Below the pieces are notes generated by a model. The model was not told the origin of the DNA, searched no databases, and was given only the letters and a program-made list of their open reading frames with translations. From an uncultured Gammaproteobacteria bacterium (lineage in GTDB: Bacteria; Patescibacteriota; Microgenomatia; Levybacterales; UBA12049): a DNA stretch of 64,000 nucleotides. Made by a program: the position numbers and the translations under genes. The stretch lies in NCBI GenBank assembly GCA_965230895.1, contig OZ246394.1, forward strand, positions 1,057,887 to 1,121,886, in the 5' to 3' direction. Position 1 is the stretch's first letter. Each line of letters starts with the position of its first letter. Of this stretch, positions 28,181 through 37,938 are shown one piece after another.

Positions 28181-31093
28181 ATGCCCGATATCTCCTCTTT
28201 AAATCCTGAACAGCAGAAAGCTGTAACGCATGGTGAAGGTCCACTTCTTATTATTGCCGGTGCTGGAACTGGTAAAACAACTGTGGTAACCAAGCGGATT
28301 GAGCATTTGATTCTTGATAAGAAGATACTTCCTTCATGCATTCTTGCACTAACGTTTACTGAAAAAGCTGCGCAAGAAATGGAAACTCGTATAGACGAGA
28401 TCCTTCCTTATGGGTATACAACCCTTTGGATCGAAACGTTCCATGCATTTTGTGACAGAATTTTAAGACAAGAAGCGATTCATATTGGATTGCAATCAAA
28501 CTTTACACTGCTCACAGAGGCTGAATGTTTGCTCTTTTTGCGAAAACACTTATTTGAATTTAACCTTGAGTACTTCCGTCCTCTTGGAAATCCCATGAAG
28601 TTCTTACAAGGGATGTTAACGCATTTTAGTAGATTATGCGATGATGATATAACACCCGAACAATATTTGGCGTATGCCAAAAAATTGCAGGATAACCAAA
28701 CAGATACAGATGACCCAATCGATATAAAGAAAACACAAGAACTCGCACATGCTTTCGCGAAATATGAAGAACTAAAAGCAAAAGAAGGAGTTATGGATTA
28801 TTCGAATCTTATTTCTAATACATTGAAGCTTTTCCGTGAGCGCCCGACAATATTAAAGAAATACCAAGATCAATTCCAATATGTTTTTGTTGATGAATTC
28901 CAAGATACCAATTTTGCGCAAAACGAGATGGCAATTCTACTTGCTGGAACAAGACAAAATATAACTGTCGTTGGTGACGATGATCAAAGCATTTATCGAT
29001 GGCGTGGTGCAGCAATTGCAAATATGATGCAATTTCGCCAACATTTTCCAAAAGCTAAGATTATTGCATTAACCAAGAATTATCGATCAACCAAAACAAT
29101 TCTCGATGGGGCGTATACACTCATCCAAAATAATAATCCTGATCGTTTAGAAGTAAAAGAGAATATCGATAAAAGACTTGAGGGAATGCGTGGAATTGAA
29201 GGAGATCCAATTACCTTTATTTTGGAAAATAACGGAGACGAAGAGGCTGAAGCTGTAGCAAAAGCAATTGCTCAAGAAGTAAAGAAGACCAAAAGGCCAT
29301 ATAATGAGATTGCAATATTAGTCAGAGCAAATGATCATGCAACGCCATTTCAAAGATCGCTTGACCGCTTAAAGATCCCTTTTCAATTTTTAGGACCAGG
29401 ACATCTTTATGAGCAAAATGAGATAAAAGATTTAATTGCATACTTACATGTTTTAGCAGACTTTGAAGATACTGCTTCGCTTTATAGAGTCATTACTATG
29501 CCTATATTTGGTATGCAAGCGCGAGACGTAGCAGCGATATTGAACTTTTCCAAGCGTGGCAATATGACACTCTTTGAAGCAATGGAGCGAGTTGATGAAA
29601 CAATGCTTACAGAAGAAGGCAAAGAAAAAATTATGCAGATTGTCGAGATGATAAAAAAGCATCTTGAGCAAGTTCCTCTTGAACAAGCAGGCCAAATCCT
29701 TTATCACTTTTTCGAAGATTCAGGACTCCTTGGACATTATCTTGATCCAGGTTCAATGCGTACAGAAAAAGAAGCTCAGAACATTGCTAAGTTCTTTGAA
29801 AAGCTACAAGGCTTTGCAAACAATAAAACTGATGCATCTGTTTTCGCAGTTGTTGATTGGATCGACTTATCTATGGAGCTCGGAGAAAGCCCAATGGCTG
29901 CAGAAGTTGATTGGACAAAGAATAATGCTGTAAACATACTTACAATTCATTCAAGTAAAGGACTAGAATTCCCAGTAGTATTTGTTGTGAATCTTGTCTC
30001 GCAACGCTTCCCATCCCGAGATAGAAAGGAGCAGATTCCTGTACCACAAGATATAATCCGTGAGGCTTTACCTGAGGGTGATGAAAATCTACAAGAGGAA
30101 CGACGTCTCTTTTATGTAGCAATTACACGTGCGCAAGAGAAACTCTTTTTAACTGCAGCCCGGTTTTACAATGAAGGTAAAAGAGAACGAAAAATCTCGC
30201 CATTCGTTATGGAAACCCTTGGGGATGCATTTGTACAAGATAAACTAAAGAAACAAACTGCAGAACCAGTTGTCCAGCAACTTTCTCTCCTTGAGGTACT
30301 GAATGCAAATGTTACAGAAAAGCCTGCAATTGAGCAGGCAAAGGTAGAACCAATTGATATAACATATATTTCATATTCTCAGCTCCAAACATTTGCGATG
30401 TGCCCACTGCATTTTAAGCTCAGGTATTTGCTGAATCTTCCTTCACCTACATCTCCTGCGTTGAGTTATGGGGTGAGTGTTCACGGAGCTTTAAGAGATT
30501 ATTTTATGGCTATGAAAGATTCTGACGCTCGTGAAACAATACAAGATTTATTGAAGAAAAATTGGATTTCTCAAGGTTATGCAAGTAAGCTCCATGAGGA
30601 GCAGACATTTAATCAAGCAAAAAAAATGCTTCAGGACTTTAGTGAAAAAATAGTTATAGAGAAACCAAATACGATTGCCATAGAAACACCGTTTAACTTT
30701 TGGCTGGGTAAGCTGAAAGTAGGAGGAAGAATTGATCGTATTGATAAACTCCCTGATGGTCGAATTGAAATCATTGATTATAAAACAGGCAAAAACGTAC
30801 CGACAGAGAAAAAGGTTGCTGAAGACTTACAACTCTCAACGTACGCTCTTGCTGCAACGGAAGTACATGATGGAATATTGGGTAAGACACCTGATGAAGT
30901 AGTGTTGACCCTCCATTACCTTGAAGATGATATAAAGATCTCTACAACCCGTTCAAGAGAAGCTCTGGATTTTGCAAAAGAACAAATACTGCAGAAAGTT
31001 GATGAGATAAGTAAAAGCGATTTCCTTTGTAGTTCCTCAATGCAATGTAAAAATTGTGAATATAAAATGCTCTGCCAAAATAGCAAAATATAA
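28181..31093 (+). CDS. UvrD/PcrA-like helicase fused to a C-terminal PD-(D/E)XK nuclease (AddA/AdnA-like)
   Basis: AGAGTGKT, VDEFQD, VGDDDQSIYRWRGA, KNYRS, TIHSSKGLEF, EERRLFYVAITR; then SYSQL..CP, GRIDRID, IIDYKTG, QL..Y, CxxCxxxxxC. Confidence 0.93.
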   Translation: MPDISSLNPEQQKAVTHGEGPLLIIAGAGTGKTTVVTKRIEHLILDKKILPSCILALTFTEKAAQEMETRIDEILPYGYTTLWIETFHAFCDRILRQEAIHIGLQSNFTLLTEAECLLFLRKHLFEFNLEYFRPLGNPMKFLQGMLTHFSRLCDDDITPEQYLAYAKKLQDNQTDTDDPIDIKKTQELAHAFAKYEELKAKEGVMDYSNLISNTLKLFRERPTILKKYQDQFQYVFVDEFQDTNFAQNEMAILLAGTRQNITVVGDDDQSIYRWRGAAIANMMQFRQHFPKAKIIALTKNYRSTKTILDGAYTLIQNNNPDRLEVKENIDKRLEGMRGIEGDPITFILENNGDEEAEAVAKAIAQEVKKTKRPYNEIAILVRANDHATPFQRSLDRLKIPFQFLGPGHLYEQNEIKDLIAYLHVLADFEDTASLYRVITMPIFGMQARDVAAILNFSKRGNMTLFEAMERVDETMLTEEGKEKIMQIVEMIKKHLEQVPLEQAGQILYHFFEDSGLLGHYLDPGSMRTEKEAQNIAKFFEKLQGFANNKTDASVFAVVDWIDLSMELGESPMAAEVDWTKNNAVNILTIHSSKGLEFPVVFVVNLVSQRFPSRDRKEQIPVPQDIIREALPEGDENLQEERRLFYVAITRAQEKLFLTAARFYNEGKRERKISPFVMETLGDAFVQDKLKKQTAEPVVQQLSLLEVLNANVTEKPAIEQAKVEPIDITYISYSQLQTFAMCPLHFKLRYLLNLPSPTSPALSYGVSVHGALRDYFMAMKDSDARETIQDLLKKNWISQGYASKLHEEQTFNQAKKMLQDFSEKIVIEKPNTIAIETPFNFWLGKLKVGGRIDRIDKLPDGRIEIIDYKTGKNVPTEKKVAEDLQLSTYALAATEVHDGILGKTPDEVVLTLHYLEDDIKISTTRSREALDFAKEQILQKVDEISKSDFLCSSSMQCKNCEYKMLCQNSKI

Positions 31094-31134
31094 GCCCACT
31101 TGAAAAATAATCCTAAGTAAGCCAGTATAGAAGT

Positions 31135-31923
31135 GTGGGTATAAAAAGACTTCTTAAAAATTGGCCTCAGTCTCTTAATGAGCAAGGCAAAGTAGACACT
31201 GGGACAATGTACATCATTGTCATTATCCTTATCCTTTTTGGGATTGCATACCTCGTGACGGGACCCTCACCAACGCAAAGTACAGTAAATACCGGTACTG
31301 AAGTCGTTATCGGTGCACCTCAATCTGAAGACGCAAAAGCGAGACTACAGCTGTATACGTTTGCTGCAGCTACAATTACTCCCCCAGCTTCATCTGTTTG
31401 TTCAAAGGGTGGGATAAATACGAGGCCTGAAATTCTTGTGCATACAGTACCGAGAAATGGTGAAGCAATAAGTATGGATGGCCAGATAAAAATATGGGCA
31501 AATGATACAGCTCCGCTTTTAATTGCACCTGGTGAACGTGTAACAAGGAATTCAGGGGCAATTATTGCACCTGGTGACAGAACTGCAAAAGCACCTGATG
31601 GATACATATGGGCACCTGCGCTTTATATCTTCCCGCAAACTGTTGATGCAGGTGGCCAACCATATTTCCCATCAAGTATTCGTGGAGATTATAATAATGG
31701 GACTATCAGACTTGCTTTTGGAATAGAGAGACTCCCCGCAAACATTCAACTGCAGAATAGATATACAGCACAATATACATGGAATGTAAAAGATCTGGGT
31801 CTTCAGCCTGGACCATATCAATTACAGTTTGTAATCCATGATGGAGGAACTGGACGAGCAGTAAAATGTATCAGTATAAGAATTTATGAAACACCTGACA
31901 AACGATGGACAATCCCCGACTAA
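31135..31923 (+). CDS. Hypothetical membrane-anchored, beta-rich surface protein
   Basis: GTG start after a TATAGA box; single N-terminal hydrophobic helix. Confidence 0.65.
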   Translation: MGIKRLLKNWPQSLNEQGKVDTGTMYIIVIILILFGIAYLVTGPSPTQSTVNTGTEVVIGAPQSEDAKARLQLYTFAAATITPPASSVCSKGGINTRPEILVHTVPRNGEAISMDGQIKIWANDTAPLLIAPGERVTRNSGAIIAPGDRTAKAPDGYIWAPALYIFPQTVDAGGQPYFPSSIRGDYNNGTIRLAFGIERLPANIQLQNRYTAQYTWNVKDLGLQPGPYQLQFVIHDGGTGRAVKCISIRIYETPDKRWTIPD

Positions 31924-31958
31924 TTTGCCTTTATCCACGCTATAGGGTAAAATATCTC

Positions 31959-32334
31959 TAATCCTAGGAAGAAGGACCGTTACCTTGATGAAAGTCAGGG
32001 AGGAAAGTCCAGACAACAGTATGCAGGGGACGGAGTTTAAGCTCCGACTGGTAATCTTTGAGTAATCAAAGAAAACAGCTGGTCTCCAAACTTTTAGCTC
32101 ATTAAACGAGGTTTGGAGCAAATTCTGAATTGACAGGATTTGAGAGCAGCAGAGACGAATGAGTATGAAACGGGCAATCCCACCTGTTGCAACTTCCGAA
32201 TGATATGTCTGAGGAGCATACCCGAGTATCGAAGCGAAGGCACTTGCCGGATAGGCAGGCTTGATGAATAAATATCATCATAGAGAAAAATTGCGGTCAC
32301 GAACAGAATCTGGCTTACTCTCTTCCTAGGATTA
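31959..32334 (+). ncRNA. rnpB: RNase P RNA
   Basis: 14-bp P1 (TAATCCTAGGAAGA/TCTTCCTAGGATTA), GAGGAAAGTCCAGA at 32000 and AACAGAATCTGGCTTA near 32302 (P4), P2 GACCGT/GCGGTC, P5 CAACAG/CTGTTG. Confidence 0.95.
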
Positions 32335-32430
32335 TCTTTAATTCAACAACATAACTCCACAGAAAGAGATCTTCTACAACAAGGCTACACGCCAATGGAG
32401 AAGCAAAGCTGAGTATAAAGAACTTCGCAT

Positions 32431-32703
32431 TTATCTAATGGATTTTTTAAGAGTTTTACCTGCGGTAAATCCAGGCGCCTTACGTGCAGCAAGTGTGATA
32501 GCCTGACCTGTCTTTGGGTTTCGGCCAACACGTTGCTGTCTGCTTCGTACACTAAATGTACCAAAACCTGTTAGAACAACTTTTTCACCACGCTTTAACG
32601 AATCACGGATTGTGTTCAATGTTGTCTGGACAGCATCACGGGACGCTTTATTGGTAAGATTAGCTTTTTTAGCAACAATTTCAATGAGATCTTTTTTAGT
32701 CAA
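32431..32703 (-). CDS. hup: HU family DNA-binding protein
   Basis: MTKKDLIE, GFGTF, GRNPKTG, F.AGK.LK; TTG start with GGGGGTGA SD. Confidence 0.97.
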   Translation of the reverse strand: MTKKDLIEIVAKKANLTNKASRDAVQTTLNTIRDSLKRGEKVVLTGFGTFSVRSRQQRVGRNPKTGQAITLAARKAPGFTAGKTLKKSIR

Positions 32704-32912
32704 AGAAACTCACCCCCTTTGCCATAGAATTTATGAGACATTTTTTATTCGAGAGAAAAAAGGTTTGGAAAGTAACCGGTGTAGAAGAAGTTATATTGGG
32801 CAAGTTTGTTGATGGGCAAATCATTCGATTAGATTAACAATACAAGGAAAATGAGGTTATGTCAAGACTCTACTGAATTACATGCACTTTAATTCACAAA
32901 AGGTAAGAAGGC

Positions 32913-35912
32913 CTAATTCTCTTCGTCTGCAATAATTACGCCATCAACATATGCTGTGTCATCAGCATCACCTGTTTCTCCCGTAAGATCAAGAAAAGCC
33001 TTAGCTGTTCCAGCAGGAGCGGTAAAGACCGCAGACCCTCTTTGCCAAGCAGATGTAAGCCCTGAAAGCGGTACTTCTTCGGTATCAAGTAATTCGTCTT
33101 CATCGTCAAACCATCTAACTCTGAGTGTCATATCAGACACATCTCCTGTTCCTTTCTTTGCTGAGAATGTAACACGTTTTTCTCCCGGCGTCATAGCAAC
33201 ACCTGGCCAATTATCAAGCTCAACGCCCCAACCATACGGATCCGTTACAGTAACCAAAAGGCTATGTGTACCATAGTAGGCATCGCTTGTCGATGTCGCA
33301 ACTGTCGAAGAATACCAAGTCTGCCAATGACCCAGTCCACTCTCAAGACTCGAAGTTTCTGCATCCAATAGATTAGCGATATTTGTAATACTGACGTCAT
33401 CTACATATAAAACATCATCCGTAGTCCCTGTTTCACCTGTCAATTCAAGAAATGCTTTTGCTGCTCCTGTTGGAGCAATAACATCTGCAACTCCATTTTT
33501 CCAAGTTGAATCAAGATCACTTAATGTCACTTCATCAGTTTGAAGCAATTCATCCTCACCATCAAACCATCTGACTCTCAGTGTCACATCTTCAATAGTT
33601 CCTGCACCTTTTTTTGCCCAATAACTTATACGTTTAACACCTGCCGCTGTTTCAAATCCTGGCCAATTACCAACTTGCACGCCCCAACCATAAGGGTCGG
33701 TGACTGTTGTTTTTAAGCTATATGTACCAGTGTGTGCTGAATCTGATGAGCGTGCCACACTTGAAGAGTACCATGCTTCCCAATCGCCGATAGATCCTTC
33801 TAGGGTCGATGTGTCAGAACTAACAGTATTCATGACATCACCGACGACGAAGTCATCTGCATAGAAATAATCACTAGTGCTCCCTCCACCGGTAAGTGTA
33901 ACTAAAACGGTAGCTGTACCAGTAGGCGCAGTTACATATGATGTCGATTTCTGCCATGTGGATGTCAGAGATGAGCTCATCGGTACAGTATCTGTTTGCA
34001 ATACTGCATTACTACTATTAAGCCATTTAACAGTCATTGTTGGCGTTATTGTGCCGCTTCCCGCCTTTGCCCACCAGGTGAGTACTTTATCACCAGGAGT
34101 TGCATCAAACCCTGGCCAATTACTGAGTTCAACTCCCCAACCTCCACCATCAGTAACGTTTACCTTCAAACTATGTGTACCACTGTGAGCCTCTTCAGTC
34201 GTTTGAGAGACACTTGATGAATACCAAGCAGACCAATTACCGACACCACCTTCAAGCGTTGCAGTGTTTGCGTTCAAATGATTTGGAGTAAGACCACTTC
34301 CTCCACCAGGTGTTGGCGTTGCAGTTGGCGTAGACGTCACTGATGGAGTTGGTGTTGGAGATTGTCCTTCAATTGTACTATCCTCATCCTGATTGTAAGG
34401 AGAATCCTGCCATGTTGCAAAATCTATAATATCGCCATACCCTTTGGCAAACGTCCAATTACCATGGTATTCATTGTCATGGAAAAGGTTATTATTATTG
34501 AACATAACATCAGTTTGTACTCCTGCAACTGTGTACGGTGACCAACTAAGATTGTCAGCACCGGTTGCGATAAGAGCTTGAGCACCGCAGAAAGTTCCGC
34601 CACAAGTAGGTACGCTCTCTTCATCGAAGTGGAATTCATTATTATTTACTTCAACATTTTTTGAGTGCCATCGGCAGTCAGTTGTGTATGGTTCAGTATC
34701 AATATCTGTATAGCATGGATGTGATGCGTTAATTGGATCTACATAATCAAAATCATGTGGTTCAGGAATTAGCTTTGGCGCAACAAAAGGTGTGCAATAG
34801 CCTTTACTTGTGTTGCCGTTTGAATTACAGAAACGATTAGCATTTTCGAAAATAGAAACTCCTGAGAAATTATCTTCGAAGTAATTATCATAGATATGAA
34901 TCTTTGGAGCACCAGAAACAGAAGATGAGAGTCTTGAATCTCCACCTGATTCAGAAATATAAACTGCTGAAGCTGGAGAGCCATGGTTATGATCTCCCTT
35001 TACCCAAGCATTGCGCTTGAATGTATTATTTCTAATTGTTGCGTTATAGCTAATTTCGTACCAGATACCTTCGTCACTATTATGGTCGATATAGTTACCT
35101 TCAAAAAGAAAATCAATATTATTTGTATCAGCCCAAAGTCCGACACTGAGATTATTATGAACCCAGTTATTGGTGACTGTAGCACCTTTCACATCCCAGA
35201 ATTTTCCTCCGCCAGTACAACCACAACCTTCAATTTCGCTTTCCCAATCATCCTGATTATTGCCGGTAATTTCATTATGATCAAGAACGATGTTTGTGAT
35301 AGCAGAAGCACTTGAAGAAAGTGGTGGTTTAAACATACTAAAGCCATACTGACCATTATCTTTCAGACAATTGTAACTTACCACATTATCTGATCCGACA
35401 AATACGCCAGCGCCGTCATTATCAATGACAGTATTGTATTGCATTACCCAACCTGTACCAGAGTCATGGTTAACGACACCTTCGTTATTATTATCCATAC
35501 CACTTCCAAAGTTTTTGATGGTAAGGTATTTGATAGTGACATCTTCGGTATCACCAGTAAACGCATATTTATTCACGTTTTGTCCATCAAGGATGGCTCC
35601 AGGCGCACCAATATATGTATTACCGTTTCTGGTTTGGATCTGTCCATATTGATCGTTTGCTAACGTATGTGTACCTGGTTCAAACCAAAATACTGTGTTT
35701 GTTTCGTCAAAGTCAAAACTACTATTATCTCCATCAGGTACTGTGACAGCACCAGAAGGCGCACTTGGTGGACCATTTAAGATTGTTGTATTGCCACAAA
35801 TTTCAGCAGGAGGGGTTGTTGGCCAAGGAGGAGTTTGGGCATTTGCAGATGAAACGCCTAAAGTAAATACAGCTGTTAGAGTAAACGCTACAGTCGTAAG
35901 TAACTTTTTCAT
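32913..35912 (-). CDS. Secreted right-handed beta-helix protein with three tandem carbohydrate-binding-like (CBM4/9-type) domains
   Basis: Signal peptide from MKKLL (35912); Asn-rich parallel beta-helix repeats; PT linker; three ~150-aa repeats (LE..G.W.AWYSS.V..S...AH.GT.SL.V.VTD..GWGV...NWPG). Confidence 0.8.
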   Translation of the reverse strand: MKKLLTTVAFTLTAVFTLGVSSANAQTPPWPTTPPAEICGNTTILNGPPSAPSGAVTVPDGDNSSFDFDETNTVFWFEPGTHTLANDQYGQIQTRNGNTYIGAPGAILDGQNVNKYAFTGDTEDVTIKYLTIKNFGSGMDNNNEGVVNHDSGTGWVMQYNTVIDNDGAGVFVGSDNVVSYNCLKDNGQYGFSMFKPPLSSSASAITNIVLDHNEITGNNQDDWESEIEGCGCTGGGKFWDVKGATVTNNWVHNNLSVGLWADTNNIDFLFEGNYIDHNSDEGIWYEISYNATIRNNTFKRNAWVKGDHNHGSPASAVYISESGGDSRLSSSVSGAPKIHIYDNYFEDNFSGVSIFENANRFCNSNGNTSKGYCTPFVAPKLIPEPHDFDYVDPINASHPCYTDIDTEPYTTDCRWHSKNVEVNNNEFHFDEESVPTCGGTFCGAQALIATGADNLSWSPYTVAGVQTDVMFNNNNLFHDNEYHGNWTFAKGYGDIIDFATWQDSPYNQDEDSTIEGQSPTPTPSVTSTPTATPTPGGGSGLTPNHLNANTATLEGGVGNWSAWYSSSVSQTTEEAHSGTHSLKVNVTDGGGWGVELSNWPGFDATPGDKVLTWWAKAGSGTITPTMTVKWLNSSNAVLQTDTVPMSSSLTSTWQKSTSYVTAPTGTATVLVTLTGGGSTSDYFYADDFVVGDVMNTVSSDTSTLEGSIGDWEAWYSSSVARSSDSAHTGTYSLKTTVTDPYGWGVQVGNWPGFETAAGVKRISYWAKKGAGTIEDVTLRVRWFDGEDELLQTDEVTLSDLDSTWKNGVADVIAPTGAAKAFLELTGETGTTDDVLYVDDVSITNIANLLDAETSSLESGLGHWQTWYSSTVATSTSDAYYGTHSLLVTVTDPYGWGVELDNWPGVAMTPGEKRVTFSAKKGTGDVSDMTLRVRWFDDEDELLDTEEVPLSGLTSAWQRGSAVFTAPAGTAKAFLDLTGETGDADDTAYVDGVIIADEEN
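32916..34280 (-). repeat. Three tandem ~450-nt intragenic domain repeats
   Basis: Protein-level repeats, with CCTGGCCAATTA recurring in all three copies; boundaries approximate. Confidence 0.85.
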
Positions 35913-36003
35913 ATTATATCCATGGTATGGAAAGCTCTGCCATTGTGTCAAGTATACAAACTTGATCAATGATAGGACAAAATATAAAAAGTTGAGACTA
36001 TAA

Positions 36004-37275
36004 TTACACAGTGGTTTCAGGGTAAACGGAGCGGAATTCACGGATAGCCGTAACTTTAACTTCGCCAGGAATTGCCAAAGATCGACTCACTTCTTCTTGG
36101 ATCTTTCGTGAAAGAAGCACTGTTTGAGCATCATCAAGTTTGCCTGGATTAATAATAACTCGGAGTTCTCGACCAGCTTCAAATGCATATGCATCTTCAA
36201 CTCCTTCGTAATTCTTTGCAATTTGTTCCATTTCAGTCAATCTCTGACCATACTTTTCAAGATCTTCATATCGGGCACCTGGTCGCGATGCAGAGATAGC
36301 ATCAGCGATGTGCACGATAATTGATTCAACACTTGAAAATGGCTTGTCTTCATGATGTTCTGCAACTGCATTTATGATCGGTTCTGGGAAGTTGTACCGC
36401 TTCAAAAGTTCGACCCCTAATTTAACGTGACTTCCATCCCCTTCAAGGATCTTTCCAATATCATGGAACAAACATCCAAGTCGGACAATATCAACATTTG
36501 CACCAATTTCTTGCGCGATATGCACACCAATCTTTGTTTCTTCCAGTGTGTGGACAAGCAAATTCTGACCATAAGAAGTTCGGAATTTCATTCGGCCCAA
36601 AAGTGGATACAGATCCACTGGAAGACTAAAGATATTTACTTCATTTGCAAGCTTTTCTCCTTCTTGCGCCATGATCTTTTCTAACTCTTCACGAGTCTGA
36701 TTGACAACTTCTTCAATGCGGAATGGCTGTACACGTGTGTCTTTGAGTAATTTCTCAAGTGATCGGCGTGCAACTTCTCGACGAACCTGATCAAATGAAG
36801 ACAATCTGATAATTCCCTCTTCATCCAAATCAACATCAACACCAGTTGCTTGTTCAAATGCACGGATATTTCGGCCTTCTTTTCCTATGATTCGTCCTTT
36901 CATTTCTTCATCCGGAACTTTAACAATTGAAACTGTATATTCAGGAACAAATTGGAGAGCACCATGCTTTATACTATCAAGAACGATTTCTTGAGCTCGC
37001 GTATCCGCAGTTTTCTTTGCCTCCTCTTCTTTATCTTTGAGAATTTTTGCCATCATTTGTGCAGCATCTTTCTCAGTTTCTGAAAGGAGTTGTTTCTTCG
37101 CTTCTTCGACAGTAAAACCTGAAACTTGTTCAAGTTTCTTTACATAGTCTTTTCGCTTCTTTTCGAGATCTTCTTTTTCAGATTCAAGGTCTTCTGCTTT
37201 TGCTTCGATTTTTTCTTGTCTTTGGAGAAGTTTTTTCTCAAGTTCAATTAAATCTTGTTGTGATGCATTACTCAT
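36004..37275 (-). CDS. rny: Ribonuclease Y (no N-terminal TM helix visible)
   Basis: Coiled coil, KH (KGRIIGKEGRNIR), RTSYGQN, HDIGK, ADAISASRPGAR, AGRELRV. Confidence 0.96.
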   Translation of the reverse strand: MSNASQQDLIELEKKLLQRQEKIEAKAEDLESEKEDLEKKRKDYVKKLEQVSGFTVEEAKKQLLSETEKDAAQMMAKILKDKEEEAKKTADTRAQEIVLDSIKHGALQFVPEYTVSIVKVPDEEMKGRIIGKEGRNIRAFEQATGVDVDLDEEGIIRLSSFDQVRREVARRSLEKLLKDTRVQPFRIEEVVNQTREELEKIMAQEGEKLANEVNIFSLPVDLYPLLGRMKFRTSYGQNLLVHTLEETKIGVHIAQEIGANVDIVRLGCLFHDIGKILEGDGSHVKLGVELLKRYNFPEPIINAVAEHHEDKPFSSVESIIVHIADAISASRPGARYEDLEKYGQRLTEMEQIAKNYEGVEDAYAFEAGRELRVIINPGKLDDAQTVLLSRKIQEEVSRSLAIPGEVKVTAIREFRSVYPETTV

Positions 37276-37286
37276 ATAGTATATGT

Positions 37287-37401
37287 GCAAGAGAGGATGA
37301 AGAACCTATTTGGGCCTTACGCTATGTGTCTAATGGTGAAGATATTTGTGCTCTTCATACAGTAGTAAGCAACTTCTCTTGCTAATCTTCCATGTATTAT
37401 A
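37287..37401 (-). promoter_or_regulatory. TATAAT promoter and structured 5' leader of rny
   Basis: Nested helices GCAAGAGA/TCTCTTGC and ATGAAGAGC/GTTCTTCAT on the minus strand. Confidence 0.5.
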
Positions 37402-37442
37402 CTCTACATAGCACTTTTTATGCAACTGGATTTCTTACAAAG

Positions 37443-37925
37443 CTACTCTTTTGCGGCCAAAATACTATCGATAGCTTTTTTTGAGAGATCCCAACTAAAC
37501 CCACGTCTTGCCAGAAAAGCTCCAACTTTTTGATAAATTACCTGTCGTGATTCGCCTTCTAACTTTACAACTCTCTTTCCAATAAGATTTTTAGCTTGCG
37601 TCAGTTCATCGGGCACATCTTCTTGTCCTTCTTCCATAACTTTTGAAATAATCTCACGCGTAATACCTTTCTGTTGCAGCTCTATTTGCAGCATTCTTTT
37701 CCCTCGCGGTCGGAACATCGCTCGAGATCGTATCCATGACCTAGCGAACTCTTCATCATTGAGAAATTTCTGTTCGTAAAGTTTACCGATCATAGCATCG
37801 ATAATATCTGGATCAGCATTTTTCTTGTGGAGGTAGTCCCGGACTTCTTTCTCTGAACGGTTACGAATAGTGAGGTAGCGATAAACTAAAGCGAAATATT
37901 TCTCAATCCGTTCCTGAAGATCCAT
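37443..37925 (-). CDS. recX: Regulatory protein RecX
   Basis: YLTIRNRSEKE, FLNDEEFA, ELQQKGI, FLARRGF; near recA. Confidence 0.93.
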   Translation of the reverse strand: MDLQERIEKYFALVYRYLTIRNRSEKEVRDYLHKKNADPDIIDAMIGKLYEQKFLNDEEFARSWIRSRAMFRPRGKRMLQIELQQKGITREIISKVMEEGQEDVPDELTQAKNLIGKRVVKLEGESRQVIYQKVGAFLARRGFSWDLSKKAIDSILAAKE

Positions 37926-37938
37926 GAAGAATATTATA

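Noticed and set aside
31822-32300. Minus-strand ORFs 31822-32121 and 32094-32300
   Set aside because: They are antisense to the RNase P RNA; spurious
37287-37395. 6S RNA upstream of rny
   Set aside because: About 110 nt with a one-sided bulge, shorter than typical 6S and lacking a symmetric central bubble; kept only as a structured leader
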